A stretch of DNA of 63,859 bases, counting the filler, from Octopus bimaculoides (Eukaryota), in NCBI RefSeq assembly GCF_001194135.2. It is 7 parts of 6 records of this genome, joined end to end, with 100 filler letters (N's around TTAATTAATTAA, not from the genome) between each part and the next. Parts side by side here need not be neighbours in the genome. Positions count along the whole stretch, not along the records: positions 23,492 to 36,614 come from NC_068993.1; positions 36,715 to 52,638 come from NC_068982.1; 5 more parts are not named here. The stretch is one strand, 5' to 3'. Position numbers and translations under genes: made by a program. The first letter of the stretch is position 1, and each line of letters starts with the position of its first letter. Shown here piece after piece: positions 24,416 to 37,864 of this stretch. Under the pieces are notes generated by a model. It was not told the DNA's origin. It saw nothing but the letters and a program-made list of their open reading frames with translations, and did no database searches.

Positions 24416-24416
<1 letters not shown>
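24275..24416 (-). mobile_element. Short 3'-end copy of the R4/Dong element inside (ATT)n
   Basis: Homologous to the 22396-22530 terminus and to 58841-58970. Confidence 0.8.
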
Positions 24417-24502
<86 letters not shown>

Positions 24503-24541
24503 CATCATCATCATTAATACTATTAAACAGTTTGATTTGAT

Positions 24542-24591
24542 TCCATGCGTCTCCATTCGGCTCCATACGTCTCCATTCGGCTCCATGCGTC
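24542..24591. repeat. 20-bp tandem repeat (tccatgcgtctccattcggc) x~2.5
   Basis: Directly visible. Confidence 0.85.
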
Positions 24592-27471
24592 CGGTTTGGG
24601 CTTGTATTATTGAATAGAGAAACAGAGGAAGCTTGCTACTAGATATTTGGCTGATATTCCTCAAGGTAGATCACATGGTGTTGTTAGAGGTACCTACGAA
24701 GATTTAGCGTTACCACTTTCGTTAGAAAAGAGAATTCCTTGGATCGCAGGAGTGCACAGGAAGCTGGTATCGTCTTCGTTACTGGAAGCTGACAAAAGCA
24801 TGTGTTGTGTATGTGTCTCTGTGTGTGACGTGTGGGTGTATGTGTGTGTGCTTCTTTGTGTGTGCGCACATGTATGCGTCCGTGTGTCTGTGTATACCAG
24901 ATGTATGAATGCGTGGATATGGGTGTTTTTATTTTCTTGGTTGTATGTTTGTATGTTTGTGTGTATGCATGCGAATACGTGTATGTTAATACCTGCTATA
25001 TATATATATACTCGTTCCTGTGCGAACGCGTTTATGATTCATGATTGTGTATGCCCGTAAGTATGTGCGTACAAGCATTTCTGTATAAACGTACGACTGC
25101 GATTCTGCTTGTCCGAAAGGACAAATATACGTGCGTGTGTATTTGTCTCTCACGTACGTGTGTGTATGAGAACACATATGTACTCTTACAGTATTTATAT
25201 TCGCGCGTGTGATAGATGTATGCTAGTCTGATATATGTATGTGCGCACGTGCTTGCGTGCGTGATGTGTGTGTCTTGTGTCTGCTTCACACGACAGCAAA
25301 AAAATGTCTGTTTAGGGTGTTGATATTTAGCATTTTAAATACTATGAAATGGAATAAAATAGATATTAAAATATAAATAGAAAACGTCATTAGCTAAGCG
25401 TTTAATAAAGTCAGGAAAATTCGAAGAATCTTCCCAATCAAAAACTTCGATCTTAATCTGACCCCTATTATTATGTAGCCCTGAATGTCGACATTTTGTT
25501 TTCCTGTAACAAGATAAATTTGGACTTTCGGATTATGAATCAGAATAAAATTGCAATCATAGCATAATTAAAACTGTTGTTTATTGACTGTTTGTTTTTG
25601 CTCTTTTATTACATCCAAGCAAAAGAAACAATGAGAATCGAATGTAATTCAAGAGAAAAAAAAGGAATAATTTCATTTTGAGATCGTTCAATACATATTA
25701 ATTAGAAGGCATTGATTTCGCATGAAAGAGCTCTTTTACGGAATCTAAATAGTTAAATGGACGAAATTTCATTTAATCAGTGGTTTATATTATTTTCAGT
25801 GTTTTGTGAATTTCTGAAAAGAATTAATTTTCTTACTTTTGTTTTTTGTTCTTTTTCTCGCAACATGAAATAATTTTACTAACTTGGTTGAAATTTATTA
25901 ACTATAAACAAATTTTTAAAATGCTATTTTGGAAAACAATTACAATCATGCTAAAACTAAATACATATTTTTCTATATAAATTATTCTTATATTTTGCTT
26001 CAGATATTATACTTTATATTTAGTAACTTCGGCAAGATTTACCATCAAAAATTCGAATCTAACAAAATCTGTAGATGAACGACCGTAGATGGAAACTCTG
26101 TAGAAATCTGTCAGGAGGAACTCATCTTGAGGGCGAGAATTATTCCTCATCTTACTTCATTCTACCATCTGACCCATGGATGTCTTTAGCAGGTGTGAGC
26201 TTTGCATGTCGCTTCTGCTTATAAACAATGTCACTTTCTCCTCTACAATTCGCTGAGGCCTTGAGTTGGGTTTTATATGCGTGCATCTTTTCCGCCTCTA
26301 ACCAAAAGAAAGTTGGAAGTTACATTCCTAAATTCACATTTGTTAGATTTAAGAAAGGAAACAAGACAGACTGGTAGTTTCTCGCACCTCATTCTTAAGA
26401 ACACAAACACATACACACATATACACACAAATTTACATACAACATGACAAATGCTATTCCATCACTGGTTGTTTATTCGTAAATTTTTTTCATTGAACTC
26501 AGAGTAAATACACTAAGTGCACATTGATGCTATGTTTGTAATAACAATATTGTCTCCTCAGAGCAAAAATATTGGATCTTTCGTTTGGTTGCGCCTGTGG
26601 ACGTTTTAAAATTTAATGCAAATTTTAAAATGTGGTGTATAATTTTGATATGATATTACACACTGAATCTCAGGGTCAAACTCACTTCTTTCCAGATAGA
26701 TTTTCAAAAACGGTTACAGCCCATTAAACTTTGATATCTTTTAACCCATCAGAAAATAAGTTTTGGAAGCCGTTACTTTGTGCATAACTGCAGGTGTTGA
26801 CGACTGTAAACAAATGAAATATTGGAGGAATGTTGCTTTACGCACGCCATATAATTCCTGAAAATTTGTTTATTTTTGGAATTTTCATAAATTTCTGACA
26901 ATTTATATTCTACACAGAGGAACTGATATGATCGTGCAACCCCCACCCCCCAAAAATCAATAATAAATAAATAATAAATGGTGCAATATTTAAGACCTAT
27001 TTAGCTATTATATTTAGCACATTTCATGACTACCTCGTACCTCATGTGTTTTAAACAATTAATGAGTTGAAAATGATCAACTGAGTAAGCTGCTTGATAA
27101 CACCTTGGATTGTTACTATGGAAACAGGAGACTATATGTCTGTGGCTTTCGATTGGGTAAAATTACCCAAAATTTGTAAACTTTAAAAGCAATTAACTCC
27201 TTATTTATTGATTTATGACGAAAATGAATTTCATGTCAATGGTTACCATATTAACCTATATCATTACACCAAATATGGAATCAATTGAAACAAAAATTGA
27301 AAAGTGGCAGTCAAACAGAAAGGAGTGAAATGAAATACTATAGGATTATATTACTGGAATTAAAAATCAGCGAAAGATTTAATCAAATGAAGACGGGTGC
27401 TCTGAGCTGTGATGACACGGAAATATATCAGTGATGTTAAGACAATCACCTCCACCACTCCTCTTCTCTTC

Positions 27472-27474
<3 letters not shown>

Positions 27475-27532
<58 letters not shown>

Positions 27533-27542
27533 NNNNNNNNNN

Positions 27543-27575
<33 letters not shown>

Positions 27576-27746
27576 TTGCCTCAACTATTATAACAATAAT
27601 CATGAAGATAATGATGACGATACCGACAACAACGATGATTATGTTGGGAACGGCAATGATGGCGACGGTGGTGGTTCAAGAAGAAGAAGAAGAAGAAGAA
27701 GAAGAAGAAGAAGAAGAAGAAGAAGAAGAAGAAGAAGAAGAAAAAG

Positions 27747-27778
<32 letters not shown>

Positions 27779-27800
27779 GAATGAATGAATGAATGAATGA
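27475..27800. repeat. Compound microsatellite (TAC)n-(GAT/GAC)-(GAA)n-(CAA)n-(GAAT)n
   Basis: Directly visible; a similar compound array (GAA)(CAA)(CAG)(CCT) lies at 1615-1765. Confidence 0.95.
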
Positions 27801-29461
27801 ACTCCTATCGTAAATTCTGGACAAATATAATGTCACAGAGGTGAAATGAAGCAGTAGATGCGTATATATAATTGTAAAGACCAACATTTCAAGTATAAAA
27901 CATTAGATTACTGTAGGTACCAAATATAAGTAGAACATGATATACTACTTGGATACAATTTAAATGAGGCATGGAATTTTGAGTCAGACGGAACGTATAG
28001 ATTATTACCAATTTCTGTGTCTTTTGCTTCTCTATCCGACACCTTAAGCCCGAAAGTTTTACAGAGGTTAGCAATCTTTTAGCTTCCACATGGTTTAAAG
28101 GACCATGATCAACCACTTGGCTGGTAAAGATGATCTAAATTATATTAGAAATGCCAGAGGTGCCTCGAAAATATTTTGCAGCCATAGCATGGCATTTAAC
28201 AAATGTATATTGGCTCTGGAAGGTTGGCATCAGCCAAATATTGAAAGTGATTGAGAAGAGATGCGGTGTATAGATGTAACGTTAAGAAATATGAAATGTT
28301 TCAGAAGGCGAGAAAAAAAAGGAAAAAAAAAACTTTGAAAACACTATATACGTCGAAATAAGAATGACGGGAAACTGAATATGCGAAACGCATCAATTAA
28401 TAAAGGACACTCGACACATTTGTATTTCACAATCACTTCCTCCTAGCTCGGTCTTGAAATTTCTGAATTTTCCCAATTACTTTGATATCTACTCTACTCT
28501 CAGATTTTATTGCAAAGTTTATGATACTACACTGTTTCCTTTTTGTCTCTTTGGTGATATATGTTCTCCTTACTTCATTGAAGTATGTTCGCTATGGAGA
28601 AATCCCATAAAATATGAAGTTTGAAATTAGAGGAAATTTCTTAGTGAGTCTGGTAAATGACATAAATAAAAATAAAATGACCTACAATTTAATGTGGAAT
28701 AACGTGGTATACAAATGTAACATACATATAGGGAAAGTAAAAATGTTTCTAAAGAGAGCTTTGGGAAAGTAGTGCAAGTATTGATAATGACGTGAACTCG
28801 ATAAATGATTATTCCATGTAATGTTGGATAAAAACAAAAGGAATTATTACATAAAGATAATGACATATGTCATGTTATCATTATAGAATAAGTTGACTTC
28901 AGTCAATTACCAGCATAGAAACTTTTTGATGGCGTTCCGAAGATAAATGCCAAAATTGTCAAAGTATGTCAATATCATAAAATATGTGTATATATACATA
29001 CGTAGAACGCATTGAAAAGAAACGAATGGGAGAATTAAAAAGCAAGATTTAAATAATAAAAAAATGTTGTACTTAGAAATAAATAACAAATAAATCTTCT
29101 CGTCAGAAATGATGTCGAGTAATGCTCGTGCATTGAATATATGCATATATTATTTAAACAAATAATGCACTATGAAATTATATCAATGAAATATAATTGA
29201 ATACATTCCGTGAACTCTTCTTCGTACTCATCGATGAGCACTTGTAAAGTAGATTTTATATCTTGCAAGAAAGATACGTACGAAGAACAAGAACAATTAC
29301 AAAGAAATTCACTACTGACCGCTTTTTATCTCTTTTGTACTGAGATTAACTTCAGTTAAGCTGTAATTTGCTCCCAGCACCTATTATGATACTAAGTTCT
29401 TGAAGCTAATTTTTCGACTTCAATTACTCATTCATATGATTCCTCTTAATCTAATCTCTCT

Positions 29462-29465
<4 letters not shown>

Positions 29466-29556
<91 letters not shown>
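29466..29556. repeat. (CT)n microsatellite
   Basis: Directly visible. Confidence 0.95.
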
Positions 29557-29559
<3 letters not shown>

Positions 29560-30214
29560 CGTCTGCATGTCTGTTTATGCGAACCTCTTTAAGTGACTCA
29601 AGAGAGAAGGGAAGATACATTGTCGATGTTGCTTTGTGGTTCTCACTGAGATATTCGTTATAAGCTGTGGGTATATTTTTTTGTTGGTAATTGTGACAAC
29701 ACCTCGCATTTCTTAAATGAATCAGCTAACCTAATTTGTTTTATACTTTTATTATACAATTTTATTAAGATTTGGCAGAAATCATTAAGGAGGAAAATTA
29801 CCTGATGCCTCAATATTTATAAGAAACACCGAAATATCTGTTTCCATGTTTGTGCGCAGGCAAACAGCTGCTTTTCTACTATTGCCACGAAACTATTCGT
29901 TTCTCAATAAATTTTCATCAGCTCTGACTGCTGCTGAAATATTTGTATGTTAATAAATCTCTGGTTAATATTTCTATGATAGTTAAATTTTAGTAGAGTA
30001 ACCCACTAGCATTGAGATGATTCTTTCAAGTTTAATGCTTACTTATTCACATTGTTTTGAATAAATTATTCTTCGTAGATTTGAGGTTTCGATAATATGA
30101 TGTGATTTGCTTATGTGTTTAGAATGATATTCTAGGGTAGATATGAAAATATGAGAAACCGGATCTAGTCATTTTGTACATAAGAGATAGAATATTGTGA
30201 CGGATATATATATA

Positions 30215-30565
30215 TATAACATGCAAGTTTGTCTGTGTGGTAAAAATTTTACTTCCCAAACAAATGTTACTGGGTTCAATTCCACCGCATGGCATCTGGG
30301 TCAAGTGTCATGTTCCATAACCTCTGGCCGAAGTGTGAGTGGATTTCGTCGACTGAAACTGAAAGACACATTGATGAGTGTGTTCCCAACCCATTGCTGG
30401 ACCACTTGCGTTGGTTTGTTTACGCCCAGTAATTTAGCGGCTCAACAAAATAAAACGATATCATATGCACCAGGCTTTAAAAGAATAAATACTGGGATCG
30501 ATTCGTTCCTCTAAAAACTCTTCATGATCGCTTCCCTGCATAGTCACACCCCAATGACAAAGCCA
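30215..30565 (+). mobile_element. Degraded SINE family A relative
   Basis: tgtgtggtaaaaattttacttccc...gggttcaattcc...tgtgagtggattt...aaactgaaaga...aatttagcggctc. Confidence 0.6.
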
Positions 30566-31461
30566 GTAATAGATAAAATATAAACGATATACATAGGTAT
30601 AGATATAATTGTTCGTCACGCTTAGAGAACACAAAAATACATTAATAGATATAACTCGCTAGTAAAAACTAACTACAAAAAGGGAAACAGACTTCAACTA
30701 CTGTAACATATCACTTATAGAGGAATGCCGTATCTTTCAGGACATATGAAGTATTTACATCATGATGTTCATGTATATTCCTTTCAATTGAACTCACCTC
30801 CAATCTCAGTTTTTAAATATTTATAACCATATTCCAACAAAATCCATTTCACTATAAAGTGAACATTTTCAATATATGACACTCATCTTAAAGTTTTATA
30901 CGAATATATACATATAAATTTTAGTTTTTAAAATTCATTAGTGAATATTTGCAGATCATTATTTGTTTCGTTTTCAAATATTCTAAAGTGAAAAATGACA
31001 TAGATGATAGAAAATGAAACAACTAATAAGAAATCCGTATGTATAAGGTAGCAAGAAATAATGCGAAGAAATAGTCTATTGCACACATAGACAAAAATAT
31101 ATGTTAAATGTAAATTTATTTAACAGATATATGTTTATATGTATAGTTTTGACCCACTTGTTCTCTCTCATACACTATCTCTCTCTTTTTCTCTTTCACT
31201 TTTTCTCCCGATATATATTGATAAATAAATGCATACTGTGTGTGTGTGTGTTTATGTGCGTTTTATGAGTGTTTCTAAGCAAAGATATTTGACACATACC
31301 TTAGTCTGCGGGATATTTCATTATTCTGTTGTCGTCTGTGGTTTACGACGATCTCGCTATTGATGGACGATGTCAGCGATATCTGTTCTTACATACATAC
31401 ATACATACAAACATACATACATACATACGTACGTACGTACACACATACATACATATATATA

Positions 31462-32860
31462 TAGGCATACCTCACTCTATGTCGTTAATTGGTTCCAGGA
31501 GACAAACGACTTAAGTTGAATTAACTCGTCTCCCGGCTAGCCTAGGCCGAATTTACTTTCTCTAGGCTAAACCGATAATAACCATTCCCAGTTTTGTACT
31601 TTATATATGAATGCATTTTCAATAATATATCGTTGATAAAAAAACCTATTTCAAGCTTACAAACAAATAAGTTTTGTTTTTAATACAGTACAGTAAAACA
31701 AATAATAATCTAAATTTACGATTACTGTTTGGCAGTGTTTACCGTACATCGCAGGCGCTTTATTTATGAATGCGGTTTGCAAGAAGCCATGGTAAAATAA
31801 AAGTCTTTTTTAAGCTTGAAAATCAAATTCAGTAATTATTATTATTTTGCCATAGTAAAAAAAATATATTATTTTAAATTTACCAATGCGAACATATAAT
31901 TTAATGGTTTGCATCGCAGATGCATGTGGCTATGGATCGTCAACATCAACAGCCGACTGTGGCTGTTCTTGTTGTTCGATGCGCTTAAAGAAAACCCGTT
32001 TAGAATTTCTTGAACTGCCTTCTTCTGTTCTAGTATTACATTCTAAGGAGCAAAAGCTTCAAGGCATGCCCCTATAATCTTGGGAAAGCATTGAGCATTT
32101 GGATACCTATCCTCAAACATAGAAATCCTTTTTTTCAACCTATGCAAAGGACTGTTGCATTTTCTTAATGATAAAGTGACGTGGCTCATATTCCACTACC
32201 TTTTCTTTATTTTGCTGCTTGTGAAGCTATCCCAAATCCTCTTTCGTTAGCGGTTGCTTGTCTTTCTCAAATAAATCTGTGAAATCATCCTCCTCCTAAT
32301 CCATTTCCAGTTCTTTGCTCATAGTCACCAAAACCTCCAGACAGACAATACAAAAAAAACAAGAACGGGTCATTCGGAGTTTTCTATCCTCAGTCTAGTT
32401 CCAGTTCATTTTTGCAATTTCGCTTCGACTACCATACGTGCAACATCTATATTTCTACCATTGCCTGTTAAACCTTATATCCTTACCGTAAGGCTTTCCT
32501 TCCACACATGCGAGCTTAATTTAATTCGTCCTTAGTGGAAAGACACCAGTTGTTATATCCTGCTTATTGCATTTGTATTTGTGTAAGATTTCTCTGGGGG
32601 TTTTTTCGTCCTTGTTTTCGTAGACATTCGCTGCTTTCTTCCAAGGAATCTAATGCTCTTAGCTTAGTTTGTCCTTGGAGCTCACCAGATTGGAGCAGTC
32701 TCGAGTATAACCAGCCGAAATTGCAGATATAATCTGGAACTCGACTGAGGAAAGAAAACTCCGAATGACCCGTCCTTGTTTATTTTGTATCATCTGTTTG
32801 AATGTTTTGCTGTCCCTTTTTTGTATCACCTGTCTGGATGTTTTACGTTCTTGTCCCATT
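31462..32860 (-). mobile_element. Tigger/pogo-like DNA transposon remnant
   Basis: Tigger-type end (ta)ggcatacctc at 31462. Minus-strand degenerate peptide at ~32090-32330, SKELEMD*EEDDFTDLFEKDKQPLTKEDL...EPRHFIIKKMQQSFA...FEDRYPN, resembles the Tigger C-terminus. Other TIR not found. Confidence 0.5.
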
Positions 32861-32862
32861 TT

Positions 32863-32938
<76 letters not shown>

Positions 32939-33806
32939 CATACAACAGGAGTGTAAATTTGCGTATGTACGTGTGTGCTCAAAAACTCATAAGCCTGACT
33001 GCACGTCTAAAAGTAAATCACGTGACAGATTCGCATCAACCTGGAAAATGTAAACACTTGGGCCTGCCAAAGTGATTGGCCATCCTTAAATTTTCCTTTT
33101 AATTATTCACATACAAAATAACCTTGTGGTGTATGTGGAACAGGCTATCATCCAATGGTTAATCCTTTGTATCCCATTTCCTCTTCGCCAAGTTGGCGCG
33201 CGCATCAGTCTTGAGATATAGTCCAGCAAATTTAGTATGCACTATGTTATAATATATGTTTCTAAAGGGAGTGATCAGACACACATTGAATGTTAGGCAT
33301 AATAAGAATCTGAAGAATTTACAGCTACAGTCTCACAGCATTTCTCAGGAAAATATTTGTTGTACATTTTGAACATGGTCAGAGTATTCCATATTTATAT
33401 AACCGATACTTGAATCTTGTTAGAGAATAGTCCCTTCAATAACTGTTTCAGAGGTTTTTGATGTATTCCAAAAGAACAATTTTGCCAAAACTCTAATAGC
33501 CTATAAATTATCAGAATATTAGACAAGAGTTACAATTACCAGTATGGATCAAACGAAGTAAAGAACTACTGATTGCACTCAGAACAGACTATTTTCAGGA
33601 TGCCTACAATTTGTATTGTCTACACAATTACTTCTCGACAAAATCACATTGACTTATTTTCACATCTATAGACCTGTGTACCATGCCAATATGAGTACAG
33701 TGAATGACCAGATTTCCTTCCGAAAGGCATGTCAAGCAAGGATACTTTTGGAAGGTGAAGAGCATCTCTTCCATAGAATTAATCCATTGTCCAATCATCA
33801 TCAATC

Positions 33807-33860
33807 TTGATGTTATATTATGTTACACAACTTGATGTTATATTATGTTACACAACTTGA
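33807..33860. repeat. 25-bp tandem duplication (cttgatgttatattatgttacacaa)
   Basis: Directly visible. Confidence 0.85.
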
Positions 33861-35428
33861 CCGGATAATCTATTTGAACAGTTCTGCTTTCTGCTCTCAG
33901 GAGATTATCTAGCGATGCATCAAAAGCTTGCGGACTCGAGTGACCAAAATTATAACCACGCTCTGTTTTGTATTAAGGTAAATTTCCGATGTGGGAGGAA
34001 ATGAGGCTCACTACATATGGTGAACCTTACTCTGATGTTGGAAGCTAGCGCGCATGAATTATGCGAAAGAATAAATGAAATGTATTGCATAACATAATCA
34101 TTAAATTTACTTCCGAATTAAAGAGCTTGAAAGAATTCGTGTATAACCCAACGAACAGTCTGGATAATGTAGTAAATCAGTGACTCCGTATACCAATTTC
34201 TGCAAATGCTTCAGACCAACTAGATTTCTTTAATCAGCTAATGTTCTTCAAAAATACGTGAACTTCTCTCAATCTTCAACATACACTGTAAACTATTGAC
34301 ATTTCCATGTAAGAAATCGATATCCAATTTTCAGAAATTACGAATAATTTAAAAAGAAAAAAATGACCAATATCCTCAACTTTTAACATTGCTAAACATC
34401 AAAGTCGTAAAGGAAAAGAAAAGATATAATTGTGTTTTGTTTCCAAATTGTAACTGTTGTTGTTCCTTATTCTGCATTTAAACAATTTTTAACGATTCAT
34501 TGTTATTTAATAATTTCGTTGTTTCTTTAGCCTCGCCTAGACACATTAGAAATGATTTTCTTCTGCAAAGAATGTATGAAAACTGCATTTACACTCTATA
34601 CAACCATTAAGTTTGAAAACTTTAAAACAATAAATAGAAATATTGTGACTACAAAGATTTAAAACATCATTTCAGTTAATTTTTATTGTTTTCTTACTTC
34701 GTTCCAGATTATTTCCCCTAATAAAACTGTCATTTCTTGAGATAAACATCAATAAAAAAAGTTTTAAAATTTGACAGACGTATAATTTTAAAAAGGTCGC
34801 ATAAATAGAGAACATTACTAAAACAAAATTATATACTTCATTACACGTTGTTCTATTGGTTTAGCGAATGTGTGTGTGTTTAATAATTATATTAGTATTG
34901 GGAAACAAATACAACATATTTAAATTACACATTTAGATACTGTTTGGGGATAGAGGGAAATTTTAAAATTAAACTTAAGCTACTCATTAACATTTGCCCT
35001 AATAATTGCAAAACTAAAGCCTAAGCGTGTGGGTCTCAAACTTGCCTACTTGGCACCCAGGTTACATTCCTAACACCACACTACACACGCACATTTACAT
35101 ACATACATACATATATACATACATGCATACATACATGCATACATACATACATGTATGCATGCATGCATGCATGCATGCATGCATACATAAATACATACAT
35201 ACATACATACATACATACATACATACATACATACGTACGTACATACATACATAGACAGACACACACACACACAAACACACACACACACTCATAGACCCTT
35301 TCCTCTCAAATGCAAAGCAATTGAGTTTCATAAATAAAACTTAATCTAATCAACCCATGATTTTGCTGTTTTTAGAATATGACAGACTAAATTTTCATCA
35401 AACATTTAACTACGTTATTTTCGTGTTT

Positions 35429-36150
35429 TCAGTGCGACGGCTTTATTTTGTGTAGGAGTATCAGCTTCTCGACACCTAACTGAAAGATACTAAAATGTAG
35501 TCTTAGCTCTCCGCGTTCAATAATTTTCAGTTTATTTCTTTGTTTAGAAAAAATCTTGGCTACTGCAATAGAGTCCGGCTCTAGAAAATATGTTGAGAAG
35601 ACAGTAAAGTACAACTTGTCTTCGTTTCATAGAGCAGAGTAGCAGTCAGAAAGGTCTTCTTGCAATCAAAAATTCTGACATGATTTTGTTAACTTTGGCC
35701 TCAGCTCAATTTCATTTTAATGTGAAACCAATTCTTCCTCCACAATTCTTGCTTCTGCATCACTGATATCTAGAAATCAACTCTACTGGTATTTTAATCG
35801 AAAATAATATCGACATTTTTTTTAAAAAAGGGATTAGAAACTTTCAGGCAGTTTCCCTTTGACAAGCATTAAACTTCTGAGTGTAACAAAAAACGATTGT
35901 ATTAACCAGATGTTTCCTCTGTATCGTAGTGCACGCCGTAAACAAGTTAGGTATAACGTTTTTAATAAACTTATAAGTTGCGATAACAACCTACCACCGA
36001 TGGTGTCCAATCTATTGTTCAAACACGAAAAACTGACTCCTCTTTTGTATACTTTTATTGCTTGGCAAAGGGGACTAATTTGACTAAGAGCTAAGTTTCC
36101 TTGTTCTAAGTATGTTGCACAGTATATCTTCAATGTTATAGTATTCAATA
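35429..36150 (-). pseudogene. hAT (Charlie/Buster, SCAND3/ZBED-like) transposase C-terminal remnant
   Basis: ..VEEELVSH*NEIELRPKL..QNF*LQEDL..YSAL*...FSTYFLE...KQRNKLKIIERGELRL...LHKIKPSH* matches the recalled hAT dimerisation-domain pattern ending xHPSH; several stops. Confidence 0.72.
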
Positions 36151-36731
36151 TTTTAAAACATTTGGACTACAAACTTTTAAAGAAAATCGTCTACTTCTTC
36201 ATTTTAATTTTCGCAATTAAAATCCCGAAAATAAAATGAGAAATGCCTATTTATGCATGATAGCGTTTCCAAATTCAAAGGATTATAATTGTTACAAAAT
36301 GTGGAATACTACACAATGAAAGGAAGTAAAAGAAAGGTGATGGCATGTATTCCAAGGGTACGATGAGTGGATGGGTAGACGTTTAAAAAATCAAGGATTA
36401 AAAAGTTTTAAAGAAGATCCGCCAGCAAGTTATTTTAAGCGTGAGATACTATAAATTATAGAAAAATTCCGATTTATATAAGGCAACTATTCCGAAAGTT
36501 CTACAAATAAAATTCAAATGTCTTTGTTTTTTTTAATTCATTACAAAAGAATTTCTAAAACATAAATTTGAAAAAATTGTGGAAAACGATGAAAACAAAA
36601 AAAAAAAAAAAAAANNNNNNNNNNNNNNNNNNNNNNNNNNNNNNNNNNNNNNNNNNNNTTAATTAATTAANNNNNNNNNNNNNNNNNNNNNNNNNNNNNN
36701 NNNNNNNNNNNNNNTATATATATACACATAC

Positions 36732-36774
<43 letters not shown>

Positions 36775-37009
36775 CATACATATACATGTATATATATATA
36801 TATATATCTAGGGGCACAACAAAGTCCCAATTTTTACTGGAAATAACAGTTGGTAATCATTCATTCAATGCTAGGTAAAGCTTCACTGTGGCAAATATAA
36901 AAATTTTCATCTAACCTATTGAAAGAACGCCTGAGAAATGGGCAACCTAGTACTCACGTTTTGGACTTTTCAAAATATGTTTGTTATCATAATACTGATT
37001 GATTCTCAT

Positions 37010-37785
37010 CAGCTGGGACTATTGGCTGACAGGCATTGATGTAGTGGATATTTTAAACTTAGTCTCTTCAGTTGACCTAGCTGACAAGGATTAATCAGTT
37101 TTATAATAACAAACGTATTCTGAAAAGTCCGAAACTTGAGGACTAGGTTGTCCATTTCTCTGGCGTTCTTCCTACAGGTAAGACAAAATTTTTTTATATT
37201 CGCTACCCACACACATCTTTGCCTCTATACATTCAGTGAAGCTTTACTTAGCATCGAATGATTATCGATTGCTATTTCCAGCAAAAATTGGTACCTTGTC
37301 ATGCCACTATTTCTTATTTATAATTCTACCTTTACGGTGCTTTATTTTGCTTGCAAATAAATATTATTGTATTGTAATAATATTTATATTTTTATATAAA
37401 ACTTTTTCACTGATCTTGGTTGTTTATGGCTGGGGCTGTTGGCTGAGTATACAGGCACTGATGTAGTGTAATTTAGTCTGTTCGGTTGACCTAGTTGATG
37501 AGGACCAATCAGCTTTATGATAACAAATGTATTCTGAGAAGTCTGAAACTAGGTTGTCCATTTCTCTGGCGTTCTTCCGAGGTAAGATGAACATTTTTCA
37601 TATTTGCCACCTGCACACATCTTTGCCTCTATACATTCAGTGAAGCTTTATCTAGTGTCGAATGGTTATCAACTGCTATTTCCAGCAAAAATTGGTACCT
37701 TGTTGTGCCACTGTTTCCTATTTATAATTCTACCTTTACAGTGCTTTATTTCGCTGGAAAACAATATTATTGCATTGTAATATAT
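37010..37785 (+). repeat. Diverged tandem duplication, ~375-bp unit with ~405-420-bp period
   Basis: Copies at ~37010-37385 and ~37428-37785 share long exact blocks (ctaggttgtccatttctctggcgttcttcc, atacattcagtgaagcttta, gctatttccagcaaaaattggtaccttgt). Confidence 0.9.
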
Positions 37786-37864
<79 letters not shown>

